From Macrostomum lignano (Eukaryota), in the NCBI GenBank assembly GCA_002269645.1, contig NIVC01000056.1, positions 682,001 through 746,000 on the forward strand: a stretch of 64,000 nucleotides of DNA, in the 5' to 3' direction. Within the stretch, counting starts at the first letter, position 1; every line of letters begins with the position of its first letter. This document shows, one piece after another, positions 12,958 to 35,060 of the stretch. Under the pieces are notes generated by a model. It saw only the letters and a program-made list of their open reading frames with translations. It was not told the origin of the DNA and made no database searches. The translations under genes and the position numbers were made by a program.

Positions 12958-13555
12958 CAGAGACCTGAGAGAAACCAAAGGGAGATCAGAGAGTGACCTG
13001 AAAGAAATCAGAGAGAGACCTGAGAGAGAGATCAGAGAGACCTGAGAGAAACCAAAGAGAGAGAGAGACAGAGACCTGAGAGAGAGAGAGAGACCTGAGA
13101 GAAATCAGAAAGAGACCGGAGAAACATCAGAGAGAGACAGAGACCTGAGAGAGAGAGAGAGACCTGAGAGAAATCAGAAAGAGACCGGAGAGAGAGAGAG
13201 AGAGAGTGAGACCTGAGAGAGAACTGGGAGAGAGACCTGACAGAGAGACCTGATGGACACCAGAGAGAGATCTGAGAGACCTGAAAGAAACCAGAGAGAG
13301 ATATCAGAGAGATCTGAGAGATATCAGAGAGAGACCGGAGAGACATCAGAATGGCACCAGAAAGAGACACCTGAGAGACACACAGAGAGATCTGAGAGAG
13401 AACTAAGAGAGACCTGAGAGAGATCAAAAGAAAGAGACCGGAGAAACATCAGAATGACACCAGAAAGAGACCGGAGAGACATCAGAGTGACACCAGAAAG
13501 AGACCGGAGAAACATCAGAGTGACACCAGAAAGAGACACCTGAGACACAGAGAGA
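12958..13555. repeat. GA-rich degenerate minisatellite
   Basis: Repeating AGAGACCTGAGAGAG-type units. Confidence 0.85.
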
Positions 13556-14662
13556 TCGAGCTGGCAACACTGCAGCAAATTGCAGAGACAACAGCTGATC
13601 CGCAGACAGGGGCTCGGGGGTAAGCAGTCATGCCCATTTCGTTGACTGACTTTCGAAATCGTCAAGCCATGTACACTTGACCTTACGTATTTGAGTCTCT
13701 GAATAATTTTTGCGGACAAATAATATCTATAATAATAATGTGGACTAAGACTGCATTTGTTTTCTTGTTAAAATACTAAAAGTAGGATTACCCAATTAAA
13801 ATAACATTAGGAAATCATCCATTCCTGCTACATTGGATTTCAATAGCGGCCCAGTAAAGTCTGACTCCTGCAAGATTATCTTACCCCTGTATTATCTTCT
13901 GCCCTCCCTCCTCCCCTCCCTCTTCTCCCCTCCCTCTTCTCCCCATCCCTTTTCTCCCCCTCCCTCTTCTCCCCTCCCTCTTCTGCCCTCTGTCTCCTTT
14001 CAGAGAAATAAATATTCGGGCTAACACACACAGGCTTACCATTGTGCCTTCGTAAGTCATTAATGCATAAGTGTTTTATTCATTGCGGCTAGAAATCGAT
14101 TAAAAAAATAATAACTGCTCGTAAATTCCGTAATGAATGTATTCATCTGTTTATTATTATAATAATTGTTACCCAGCTTTAATTTACTACCGTAACAGCT
14201 AATGGTCAAAATTGTATGATAACAGATTCATTTGATAAATGTTGAATATAAGCCACTAATACGATTGGACAAATAAGATAGCATGAACGAGAGTAGCTAT
14301 AGGCTTAATAAAAAATTATTAATCTTGCAAGAAGCAGACAGGGTTGTATGCAATGGTGTGCGCAAGATCGTTAAAAAGTTGCTATCATATAATAAACTAA
14401 AAATGGGTTCAAGCCTCTCGTTGAAGTTGAAGGGTCACTTTCAATCTTGTAAAATTTCCAGCTTGCGAAGTTTTGAGTTTGTGACTTTTCACAAAAATAT
14501 ATAAATATACCAGAGGCGCCACTACCAGAGGCTCCAAAGCTGCAGCATAGGGGAGCCCAACATGTATAATTTTGCCACCCTGATTACGCCCGCTTTCGTG
14601 CTTCCTCCCCCACCCCTTGGCAACAGTCCTATTAAGACTGCGATGCAGTGAGCAGGGAGAAT

Positions 14663-22842
<8,180 letters not shown>

Positions 22843-22904
22843 CTGGGGAGGTAATTAATAGGTTACAAAACTGCAAGTCTTGACTGTCTTAGATCTGTCA
22901 TTGA

Positions 22905-23595
<691 letters not shown>

Positions 23596-24067
23596 CAGGT
23601 ACACAGCAAAGCAGCAAAGACATGAAAAGTGGAGGCTCTCTTCGAGAGGAGTACAACTAGACTGTTTTATGCTCCTGACAAACTAAATGCGAGCTCAAAG
23701 TTACTAATCGAAAAATCGCTAAGCATCATTAAAAGGAACTTACGAAGCCAAGCGATCAAACAAAAAAATTTCCAAATCACAGTGATAAATAACAGGGTTC
23801 CGTTGGAGCACCTCATTTTTGTATATTGTTCATTTGCTTGTAGATAATTCTGTCGCTAAAAATGAACGCACTGGCAGCACGATGCAGAGCAGAAGCGAGG
23901 CTGGTCGACACGTAGCAGATTTGACTTGTAGTGTGAAGTAAATCTGTGCGAGCGCTTTAGCAATAACCTCTGGCCAGCTATCTGCTATGAGCACCCAATG
24001 GCATGCCATGTGACAGGAACTTGATCTCATTGGCTTCGGCTGCTGGCTGATGACGAGGGTGGTTGCA

Positions 24068-24745
<678 letters not shown>

Positions 24746-25014
24746 AACCCAAATAGAAAGGGCAAACTCAGTATAGCTTGAATAAATTGACCATGAAAAG
24801 AGGCGTTCAAGTTTTTTTCGGAATATTTTTCTCAGTTTTTGTGCCAATTTATCTGGAATGATTGTTCTACTCTCTTCTAAAAAGTAGTATTGCACGTGCT
24901 TTAAGGAATTTTGACTGTAATTATTAAACCTCCGTTGAGACTTAATCTGTGCTATTCGTATAAATGTACCAATCAAAAAATATTACCGCTGTTACTAAAG
25001 CCCCTCAAACTAAA

Positions 25015-25290
25015 GCCTCTTCAAATGGCATGGCGCCTCATCAAAGTCAATAGCACCTCATCAAGCAAGCTGGCGCCTCATCAAATTATCAAATAACCTG
25101 GCTCCTCATCAGATGACATGGCGCTTCATGAAATGACATGGCGCCTCATCAGATAACCTGGCTCCTCATCAGATGACATGACGCTTCATGACATGGCGCC
25201 TCATCAGATAACATGGCGCCTCATCAAATAATCTGGCACCTCATCAAATAAGCTGGCACCTCATCAGATAGCATGGCGCCTCATCAAATG
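25015..25290. repeat. ~20-bp minisatellite (TGGCGCCTCATCAGATAACA-like)
   Basis: Direct reading, degenerate units. Confidence 0.8.
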
Positions 25291-25544
25291 AAAAATTCGG
25301 CCTACAACTTTTCTGTGAAAAGTCCACGAGCTCAAAGCTGATTGTGTCTTGAAGATTTCGCTAGAGAACAAGTTGGATTCCTATTGGTGGGTAACGCCAT
25401 TTTAAGGACCTACAGCAGCCATACCTTGGGGCGGGGAATTGTTATAATAATAGCCGGTAACAAAGTTGACAGAGAGAAAGAGAGTGCCGCATGAACGCTG
25501 AGACAATTAAAACAACACATAAGTTCACATAAAAAGCACAAAAA

Positions 25545-27137
25545 ATGGACAATCTAAAAGTAATTGGAGCATCCAATTTCAGCGATATCGACAATTTGGG
25601 TCACTGGCTGCTGGTAAGTTAAAAAAGGAATTGATTTAACTTTATCAATGTATGAACGTTAATTAAGTCGCGTTAGATTTTACACAATCTACCGGCAGGT
25701 TCAAGGAACACTAGTTCAAAAAGAATTCCCCCGAATCGATACATCATCCAAGTCCGGTCTGTCAAGTGTACCTAAGAAAGTTTATTGATTTCCTCGGATC
25801 GGATATTGATGCCAAAAGAAAGTACTTATAAATTTTCTTTATTTTGTGTCTTTCTATACGATTTGCAGACAACGCCGTCAACCCTTCTGTCAACCGTGAC
25901 CTGCCTCACCTGGTCCTATCTGCAGTCTGGCAGCTTTATCCTGCTAGCGATATGCCTAGTAACCATTAATCTGATTGTTGTGCTAGGCAATACGTTGGTT
26001 GTTCTGGCCGCTTGTACATCGGCTAAGCTGCAAAACGCGCTGACCAGCACCTTTGTAGTGAGCCTGGCTTTAAGCGACCTTCTACTTGGCGCTGCAGTGC
26101 TACCGTTCTCAACTGTGCACCAGCTGCTGCTCAAGCACTGGGTGTTCGGCAGCCGATGGTGCCAGATCTGGCTAGCTACCGATGTCTGGACCTGCACAGC
26201 CTCCATTCTCAACCTAGTGATCATCAGTCTTGACCGCTACCTCAGCTTGTGCCATCCGTTGAAGTATCCAAAGTTGATGAATAGACGCCGAGCTCGAGGC
26301 ATGGTTGCCGGCGTGTGGATTCTGGCCAGCGCCATCAGCCTGCCCACCCTACTGGCTGGTTCCGCGTCTAATCAGCACGAGCTAGAAAATGACGCTGACA
26401 ATGGTACATCGGGGGTCACCAGTGACAAGCCAACCGGATGTCTTCGCCTGGGTCCAACATGCACCATTGCTCAGAGTGAACGAGGATACATTGTCTACTC
26501 AGCGCTTGGTTCGTTCTTCATCCCATTTCTAGTGGTGACTTATTTGTACGCTAAGATCTGTAGCGTGGTGCATCGCACCTTGCGAGCTGGACGCATGGGA
26601 ACGGTCACTGTGCAGGCTCGCAGGCAATACGGAGAGCTCCGGGTGCACAGAGGCGGCGGAGGTGGCAGCGGCGGTGGCGAAGGGCAGACGGGAGCTCCGC
26701 TTTTCTCGGCTCGTTACGGTCGGGAGCTCAAAGCGGCCCGCATGCTGGCGATCATCTGCGTAGCCTTTGTTGGTTGCTGGGCGCCTTTCTTCTCTGTCTA
26801 CCTGTCCGGTGCAGCCTGTCCGGGCTGCGTGCCGCCCCGAGTTTTCGACTTCTGCTTCTGGCTCGGCTACCTGAACAGCGCTTTAAACCCCTTCATCTAC
26901 GCGTTTTTCTCCGCTGATTACCGGCGAGCCTTCAAAGCGTTGATTGTTCGACTGTGGCGGGCCAGACCAGTTCCCGGCTTCTGCTCGAAACGACGGAGTG
27001 GCGGCGGCGGTGCCGGTGGCGGCGTCATCGGCGGCGCTGCCAGCGGCGGGATCGCCGGCAGCAGCGGAGCGAGCAGGCTGATGACCACCCCCAAGCGCGA
27101 AGGATTTGGCTCGTTTTCAGCTGAAACTCAAGCTTAA
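25545..27137 (+). CDS. Biogenic amine GPCR, alpha-adrenergic-like octopamine receptor (OAMB/Oct-alpha-like)
   Basis: Exon 1 25545-25613 (ATG...CTG|GTAAGT) joins exon 2 25869-27137 in phase 0. TM3 WLATDVWTCTASILNL..SLDRY, TM5 GYIVYSALGSFFIP, RELKAARMLA, CWAPFF, WLGYLNSALNPFIY. Confidence 0.88.
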
Positions 27138-29826
27138 GTTTTAATCCGAACTGATTTAGATTGAAGCTTGTACAGGGCTAATAATTGTTGTTTTTTAACG
27201 CTTGCTTCCCTATTGGAAACCCTATAAATAAATCTCCAAGAGCTACCACAATGTCTCCGACCACATGCGGCCCGCGAAGCCTCTCTATCCAACCCTCGGG
27301 TTCTTTGAACTTCACAATAGCAAACCGGCCCGCTTAAGGTTTGTGTCTCTTCTCAGCTCTCTTCTCTTTTTTTATCCTCTCCTCTGTCATCTCCCATCTT
27401 AGCTCTCTCCTCTTTACCCTCCGTTTCCAGCTCTCTCCCCTCTCTCCTCTCTCCTCTCTACCCACCTTTCCCCTCTCTTTTCTTCTAATATCAAATATTC
27501 GAAATATCGACATTTCGCTAAAATATCTGCGTTACCACGCCATTGCCTTAGGGTTTAAGGACTATTCCCCCTCTCCCTCTCACCCCTCCCCCTTATCTAC
27601 CCTCTCTCTCTTCTCTCTTCCCCTTTCTTCTCTACTAGTATTCCCCATCTTCTTTTTTCCTCTCTGGCGAGCAAGTATTGCGTTAGATTCTTTATCTTGC
27701 CCTTAAACTAAAAAGGTTTTCACTTAAAAAATACTTTAAAATATAATATTGACCTTGCGTTAATTGTATTTAGCAAGTGACCTTGTAGGGCTGCATGCTT
27801 CTGACTCGTAACCGAGGAGGAAGACACTTAAAAAAAGACTGTCTTGCTAAAGACTCAAAGCATATGTCGCGCACACGAAATAAAAATCAAAAATCTAATT
27901 GCATATCCAGATGTGTTGGCGAGAATCTCGGCATTGCGGACGTGCTAAGTGTGTCAACTAAGCTTATAGAAAGGCGAATATAAGAAAATTATTTTGAGAA
28001 GATAACTCTGCACCCCCCCACCACACCACTTCGCATCTAACAAGGCGTGAAAGCGGAGTTAGCGATTGACATTGCGGCTCATTAAGCATGTAATATATAT
28101 ACACAAGAGTTAATGCCATATCCATGGCGAGAGCGCTTTCATCCTGCACGCCTGAAAGTTCAGCTCTAGACTAACACTACTGCAGCTAGCTAGCTATCGC
28201 ATGGCCGTCTCTTCCGCTATCGCTCCTCCTTGGACAGCTGAGGGAAATCCACTTCTGACTGACTTGGCTTTGAGCGGTTCCCATCAAGCTGGCTCTCCTA
28301 CACTATGGCTGCTATAGTGTCTATCCCAAGTTCGCTCTCTTCCCCTCAAGCAGGTCAGGGCAGCGAACTGAGTATTATTCTTCTTAGAAAGTGTATATTC
28401 AGAGTTGAGTCGTTCTCATTTCTAATGCTCCCTGTTTAAGTATGTCGGTTAACAGAAATTCAATTATAACAGCTTGAGAGCATGACAATCAGTGAACGTG
28501 TTTTATGACCTGCGTACTTAATATCCGAAGCAAGGTGCATAGGATAAAAAATTGGCTTTTTTTCGCTGATCATTGATTTTTGAGTCAATTATTCGATGTT
28601 GCATTGTCGCCAAAATGTGTGGCACAGGAGCATTAATCATCACTTCGAATTTCGAATGATCCGGTTTTTCTGACATTGATTAGTCTGAGCGTCACATCTG
28701 GAAAAGAAACATGGAAAACTTGCTGGCGAAACATGCTGCAATGCTACCCTACAATCTATTATTAACCAGAAAGCCCATACAAAGACAGTGAAAACACAAC
28801 ACGACTCTGCACTTCCTGTGCTCTGCTTGGTTGAATAACCATAGTTATGATTTATACGGTTCTTCATTTCCTTACAGAAGTTTTCTCCGGCTCAAGTTCA
28901 GCTTTTTGCCGGGCAAATAAGATGCTGCTAGCATCTCAGCCATCATCGCTTTTGCGTGCTAAATTCAAATAGTTGCAGGATATGCAACCATGGATTGCTC
29001 GTCCGTTCGCACCGATTGGATACTGAAAATCCTTTAGTTGTCTATGGTAAACTTTGTGAGCTCAGGGTCCCAGGGGTAGCACGTCATGAAGCAGAGGGGG
29101 TCGATTGAGCCGACTGGTGTACTCGTATTCTGTGGTTTACAAGGTTTAAATGGAAACCAAATTTTGGCCCTGAGAATAACTTGAAGTGTTAAGCACTTTA
29201 GAGTATACTCCCTCAGAATGTACATCAGACTTCTTGCTCAACCTTCGGCAGTTTACAAAAACTAGCTACACATTTTCATCAATAGAGCTAGAAAACCATA
29301 AACAGATGAAAAAGATATTGCGGTAAATACAATGAGTTGAGAGCGAGAAATTCCAAGAATTCCTACCAATGAAGCTAGAGAGAATTGAATTATCAAGAAC
29401 GCAACAGTCAAGACAGTCGATAGAAGTGTGTGGAATTTGAAGAGCTATACAGTAGGCAGAGTGAGGGAGGGAGAGAGAGAGAGAGAGACAAAACTGGGCG
29501 GACAAACTGAGCTACTAGAATTGTTTAGTCACATTGGGCAGGTGGTCAGGCCATACGCCTTATTGTGCTGTGCATCTCTTGGCAATTTGCGCTTGTCAAA
29601 TACGTTCGTATGAGGTCTGAATGAAGCTGTTCAGAGAGTTGGGACAGAATTTCGACTAAATGCATTCACTGTGTTTTTCTTTCTCTCTTGCATTGCGTTG
29701 ATACGAGCACTTGTCCATATAACCCCAGCATGACCCCGACAATGGGCCAGTAAGAGTAGAGTATCCTGGCGCATTTCGCCCTCAGCCTTTGCTTCGAAAA
29801 GTTTAGTTGGCAGTTCTAGTCGACAG

Positions 29827-32487
29827 GTGGTCGGGGACATGTCCACAGAGTCCGGTCAGCCTCTGTCAGTTGCGGCAGCTGTTGGTATGTCAGTGGGACT
29901 GACTGTCTTAGCATGCGCCTGCATTACCGCCATTGTGATCTGTCTTCTGGCCAAGCGATGGAGGCCAAGGCACGGTATCACTGGCGGCAGAGTGGGTAAG
30001 CCATGTTTGATACTTTAATTCTAGGGATAGATTGATGCAGTATTTGCAGTTAACCTGCAGGATTTCCATAATTCACACCTTAATCAGCAGGTAACCATAC
30101 CACGATTGCCAATAACTACGAGAACCAATTCGAGAGCCAAAGTCAGAATATTCGATTCGCGGAGGAAGGCACTGGGACACTGGTAGCAGCAAGAGCGCCG
30201 ACGCAAAAGCATCATAGTAAAAAAGGCCAAAATGACTCTGTGAGTTGATTTTCAACTCTGTTGGCACGTACTTTGCCCTTGAGCACCTAAACGAACGTAA
30301 AGCACAGAGAGTGTACATGCCTGATGATAGAAAGTCAGGGCCGCTGTACACCCTGTGTGAGCGTGTGTATGAGTGCGTGCCTGACGGAGAAAAACGTTTC
30401 GCCAGAAAGCCCACAGCTCTAAGAAAAAATTGTTTTTCATGTATTCTCGGTCGTCATCTTGAGTTATTAAAGACTGAAAATAACACTAAACTGCTTATTC
30501 CAGCACACTATCGGAGTAAAAGTCAACGCACCGGATGACTTACGCTTCAAAGTCTGTCGAAATAGCGAAGGCGAAATACTGGTTGCCACGAGTCCTGGCG
30601 CCGGATCTCGCTGCTCCAGAGACGGAGTCAGCGAAGGTAGGTCAACGATAGAAGATACTAAGGTAGTTTAGACTCGGGACTGCACAAGCTACAGTACATA
30701 AAATCCATGAACACTTCAGGCGATCGAATCCTCGGCATCTATGTCAACATCAAAGCGGCTGGCGCTAGTGCTCACCCCAAGGAAGTGAGCGAACTGCTCA
30801 GCTTGGCTAGCGACTATCCGCTCGTGGTTGAGTTCGCTCACACCGGACCCGTGGTCCCTGGCCCATCCGTGAGTCCGTCCGACGGTAAAACCGTCGTTCA
30901 AACCAGCGCCGCGGATGTTGTTCTTCGTCGTCACCGCAATCGACAATCAGTTGACGTAGCCGAAGGTCCATCTTCGGCTAGCGGCGCTGTCAGCCTAGCT
31001 CCTGAGCAGAAGGAACCCATTCAGCAGCAGAGACACTCCCGAAAACTGTGGGCGGCTCCGCCACCTCCAGAGGATCGGGACAGCCACTTCTCCATTCTCG
31101 ATCGACGCAAACGACGCAAAAAGCAGAAGCCGGCTCAGACAGCCAGCACGATTGCAGAAGAGCCGCAGCCGCAGCTGTTGTTTGATCGGCTCTGCGGCCT
31201 GCACTCCAATGCTGCCATTGAGGAAGACGAATGGATCTGGACTCCTAACGTCAGACTGACGACAGTGCCAGGGTCCAGTGAAGACTCCCATTTTGAGGAC
31301 GACTCCTCTGAGTCAGACACTGAAAATGACGTTGAAGTGATGATAGACGAAGAAAAAGCAATAGCAGTATTTTCCTCGTTTCTGTCCGACCAGCCTCCGC
31401 TGTCTGTTGCCAGGGGAAAAGTAGAGCGAGTTTTCGACTTCTACGAGCTGGAAGAGCAGGACGTGGTGTCGGATATGCCTCCGCCGTCGGAGCTGAGACC
31501 TGTCACAGATTGTTGCACTCAATACGACTGTGCAGAGGCCAGTGCGGCAGCGGAACTGACGTGTTGGATAGAGGAGGCCCGGAATGTTTGGGAGAGTCTG
31601 CCTAATCACCCAGTTCAGGCTCCTTCGAGGAAGCCGAGTTATAAAAATAATAGCCATTCGCGCAAAGACAAGTTTGAAGGTAGGAATTTTTGTCAATTAT
31701 TTAACTATTTAACTTTCATGTTGTTGTCAGAATAGAAAGATAATAAAATAAAATAAAATGAACACACAGACAGACAGACAGACAGACACTATAAGACAGA
31801 TAGACCAATCGATATCCTACAGATCAACAACCATCTTCAATACCAGAAACAGCGGCAACAAGAATGCTGTTGAATACCGAGGAAGACGAGGACCGAGAGC
31901 TGGTCGCCTACCTAAGAGGCGCCGCGTCCGACGTTGCCGCCGGTCGGACCTCGACTTCTTCCACCTCGTCCCCACGGACAGTTCAAGAGGAGCCGGCGGT
32001 GGCAGTGGTGGCGAAATCAGCTTACAGGCGACCTCCGCGTCGAGAACCGGAAGAAGCTCCGCAACTAGTCGAACTGTCGCGCAGCATGGCCCTTCGCGAC
32101 GTCGAAGTTGCCACGGTGATTCTACTCGACTCTGAAGCTCGCCAACGTCAGCAATTAGATGAGGACGACGTGACGTTGAGCAGCGGACGTTCGACGGTGC
32201 AGGAGGAAAAAATCGACCCCGAGCAGGCACCGGACCGACTGGCGCTTGCCGGCGTTATTTTGGAGCGCGAACTGGAAAACCTGGACGCACTAGTGGACAG
32301 CGGAGCCGCAATCGGCTACGACGTTGAGCTTGACGACGACAGAGACAGAGACGAGGCGGACGCTGAGTCGTTAAACGCTGATTTCGAACTTGCCGCGGCG
32401 GAGTGGACTGCCGCTCATCCTGACGAGGATTTATCGTTCGATTTTCATCAGGACGAAGAGAGGGCTGATGCAACCATTGATTGGTAG
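29827..32487 (+). CDS. Uncharacterised single-pass membrane protein with long acidic cytoplasmic tail
   Basis: Exons 29827-~29991, 30504-30636, 30720-31679, 31823-32487 join in frame (first donor ambiguous); hydrophobic VGMSVGLTVLACACITAIVICLLA followed by KRWRPR. Confidence 0.65.
30280..30382 (+). mobile_element. SINE-like fragment (family C) sharing a hairpin core with family B
   Basis: GCACAGAGAGTGTACATGCCTGATGATAGAAAGTCAGGGCCGCTGTACACCCTGTGTGAGCG; related copies at 42314-42480 (-) and ~16790-16850 (-). Confidence 0.6.
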
Positions 32488-32742
32488 CGCGGGTTCTTTG
32501 TGAGGATGCAATCAAATACGAGTCGTAATCGTAGTAAGAATAAAGGCAAGGACTACTATAGAAGTTATCGTTGCAGCAAAGATACAACGGTAACTTTTAG
32601 TGGTCCTTGACTTGAATAAGGAATGGTAGTTAAGAGTGTAAGGTACGTACTACTGCTCTTCTAATAAGTAGAAGATATGCATGGTTTTTAGGGTTGTATT
32701 TATTTAAATCCTGAGAGCCGAAATCCCGGAGCCATACTTGTA

Positions 32743-32830
32743 TGTCTATGGTTAAGTTGGTGATGGGGTGTGGGGGCGAAGCCCCTGCTGGGGGTATGGG
32801 GGCGAAGCCCCCACACTCTTACCATAGACA
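32743..32830. mobile_element. Mini inverted-repeat element with two GGGGCGAAGCCCC hairpins
   Basis: TGTCTATGGT...ACCATAGACA terminal inverted repeat. Confidence 0.55.
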
Positions 32831-33839
32831 AAATTTCATTAAGAAAATGTTTAGGATTTTTGCTTCAGATTTGTTTTTTTTTGATGTTGCTATCGTGAAG
32901 TTGATATAAATACAGTATTAAACAGTACAGTATTTTTTCTACTATATTTTACTACTTGGTTGTCGCTTGCGTTAAATAATTACATGTATCCCGTATACCC
33001 ATTCTCAATTCTAAACAAATAATTCTCAAAAAGACACAGCATCAAATGTGGATTTTAATAAATTTGAATCGGATGGTTTGCAGTTTCACGCATTGCACTT
33101 CTTTTATAATTACGAGATTAAATAGTAAATGATAAGCGGTTATACAGGCGCACACGAAAAAGGAAAACAAAACTCAAACTGTTCTACTTGCTACACACTT
33201 TTTTCAGTAGTAAAACAGTGTTTTTCGCTAATTTAGCTGCTAGAAGCTAAAAATGTTGTAATTAGTTCATAGTTTTAACTGTGAACAAAAGCGAAAAGTG
33301 CTGACCAGTTAAGGATTGCAAATAAATATTTTATTCAGTGAAAACTACTGCCCAAATAAGACCAGCAGTAGTTCGTTACGTAAAAGTTAACACACAGAAT
33401 CTGAATTTTGTTTAAAAAAGAAAAACTCCTGTAAATTAGATTGAGATTCAAGTTAATATTGTGATAAAGCTTTGCAACTGTGAATATCGATTTGCTGGTG
33501 AATGAAAAATGAATTTGACTAATTACATAATTAATAAAAGGCGAATATTATCATAATAAAGCAGATTTGAATAAATACTTTGTGAGGCACGGTATCGATT
33601 AAAACACGATTAGCGCTAAGAATTAGTTTTCAGTTCCAATTTAAAAAACACAACTTAATGACACTGCAAAACACTGGTGCCAGAAGGCAAACTTTGAAAT
33701 TATAATTTTTTAGCAAAGTGGCACTGCAATTATGGTAAACTCAAACAGTATCTCTATGAGTCAGTTCATCAACTACAATGTCAGGAGGCACTGAGATAAG
33801 TGTCAGTGAATGTCCGACTCGTAGATGAGGTACAAGGGC

Positions 33840-34660
33840 GGCCAAAGTGAGGTGTCAGAGCCTCCTTAAAAGGGTTGTCAGAGCCTTATTGAATGGGGTG
33901 TCACAGCCTCATTAAATGGTGTCAGAGCCTCCTTATAAAGGGTTGTCAGAGCCTTATTAAATGGTTGTCAGAGCCTGATTTATTGAGGTGTCAGAGCCTT
34001 ATTAAATGGGGTGTCAGAGCCTCATTTAATATGGTGTCAGAGCCTAATTTAATGGTTGTCAGAGCCTGATTTAATGAGGTGTCAGAGCCTTATTAAATGG
34101 GGTGTCAGAGCCTCATTTAATATGGTGTCAGGGCCTCATTAAATGGGGTGTCAGAGCCTCATTTAATAAGGCTCTGAGCCTCCTTAAAAGGGGTTGTCAG
34201 AGCCTCATTAAATGGTTGTCAGAGCCTGATTTAATGAGGTGTCAGAGACTTATTAAATGGGGTGTCAGAGCCTGATTTAATATTGTGTCAGAGCCTAATT
34301 AAATGGTTGTCAGAGCCTGATTTAATGAGGTGTCAGGGCCTCATTAAATGGGGTGTCAAAGCCTCATTAAATGGGGTGTCAGAGCCTAATTAAATGGTTG
34401 TCAGAGCCTAATTAAATGGGGGTGTCAGAGCCTTATTAAATGGTTGTCAGAGCCTGATTTAATGAGGTGTCAGGGCCTCATTAAATGGGGTGTCAAAGCC
34501 TCATTAAATGGGGTGTCAGAGCCTAATTAAATGGTTGTCAGAGCCTAATTAAATGGGGGTGTCAGAGCCTTATTAAATGGTTGTCAGAGCCTGATTTAAT
34601 GAGGTGTCAGAGCCTCATTAAATGGGGTTTCAGAGCCTCATTAAAAGGGATGTCAGAGCC
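33840..34660. repeat. ~22-bp minisatellite (GTCAGAGCCTCATTAAATGGGGT-like)
   Basis: Direct reading. Confidence 0.9.
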
Positions 34661-34762
34661 TCGTTTGATGAAGTACTCATGAATATATGCAGTATTAGAA
34701 TTTCTCGTTCAGTGTCCCGTTCGCACACTGTCAATAAGGCGACAACTCCTACCACCAGTGAG

Positions 34763-35009
34763 TCACAGAGCCTGAAAAACGCTGTACTTCTCTGAGAATG
34801 ATGACGGATTCATTTTCACTTGAGTTCTCCGATTGTTACCAATCTTTGCTCTCATCTCTTCCAGACTCAAGTTGCCAACGGGGTCCTTCGGTAGTGGCGA
34901 AGATGTTGCTGCTGATGCTGATGAACCGTTTGAAGTCGCTGCCGACTGCGGTTCCTCTCGGTGCTTTGCTGGCGAAGCTTCAGCTTGATGATGCTGCTGC
35001 TGCTGATGC

Positions 35010-35060
<51 letters not shown>

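Noticed and set aside
30316-30335. CTGATGA...GAAA resembling a hammerhead core
   Set aside because: No stem II between CUGAUGA and GAAA, and the motif is not kept in other copies.
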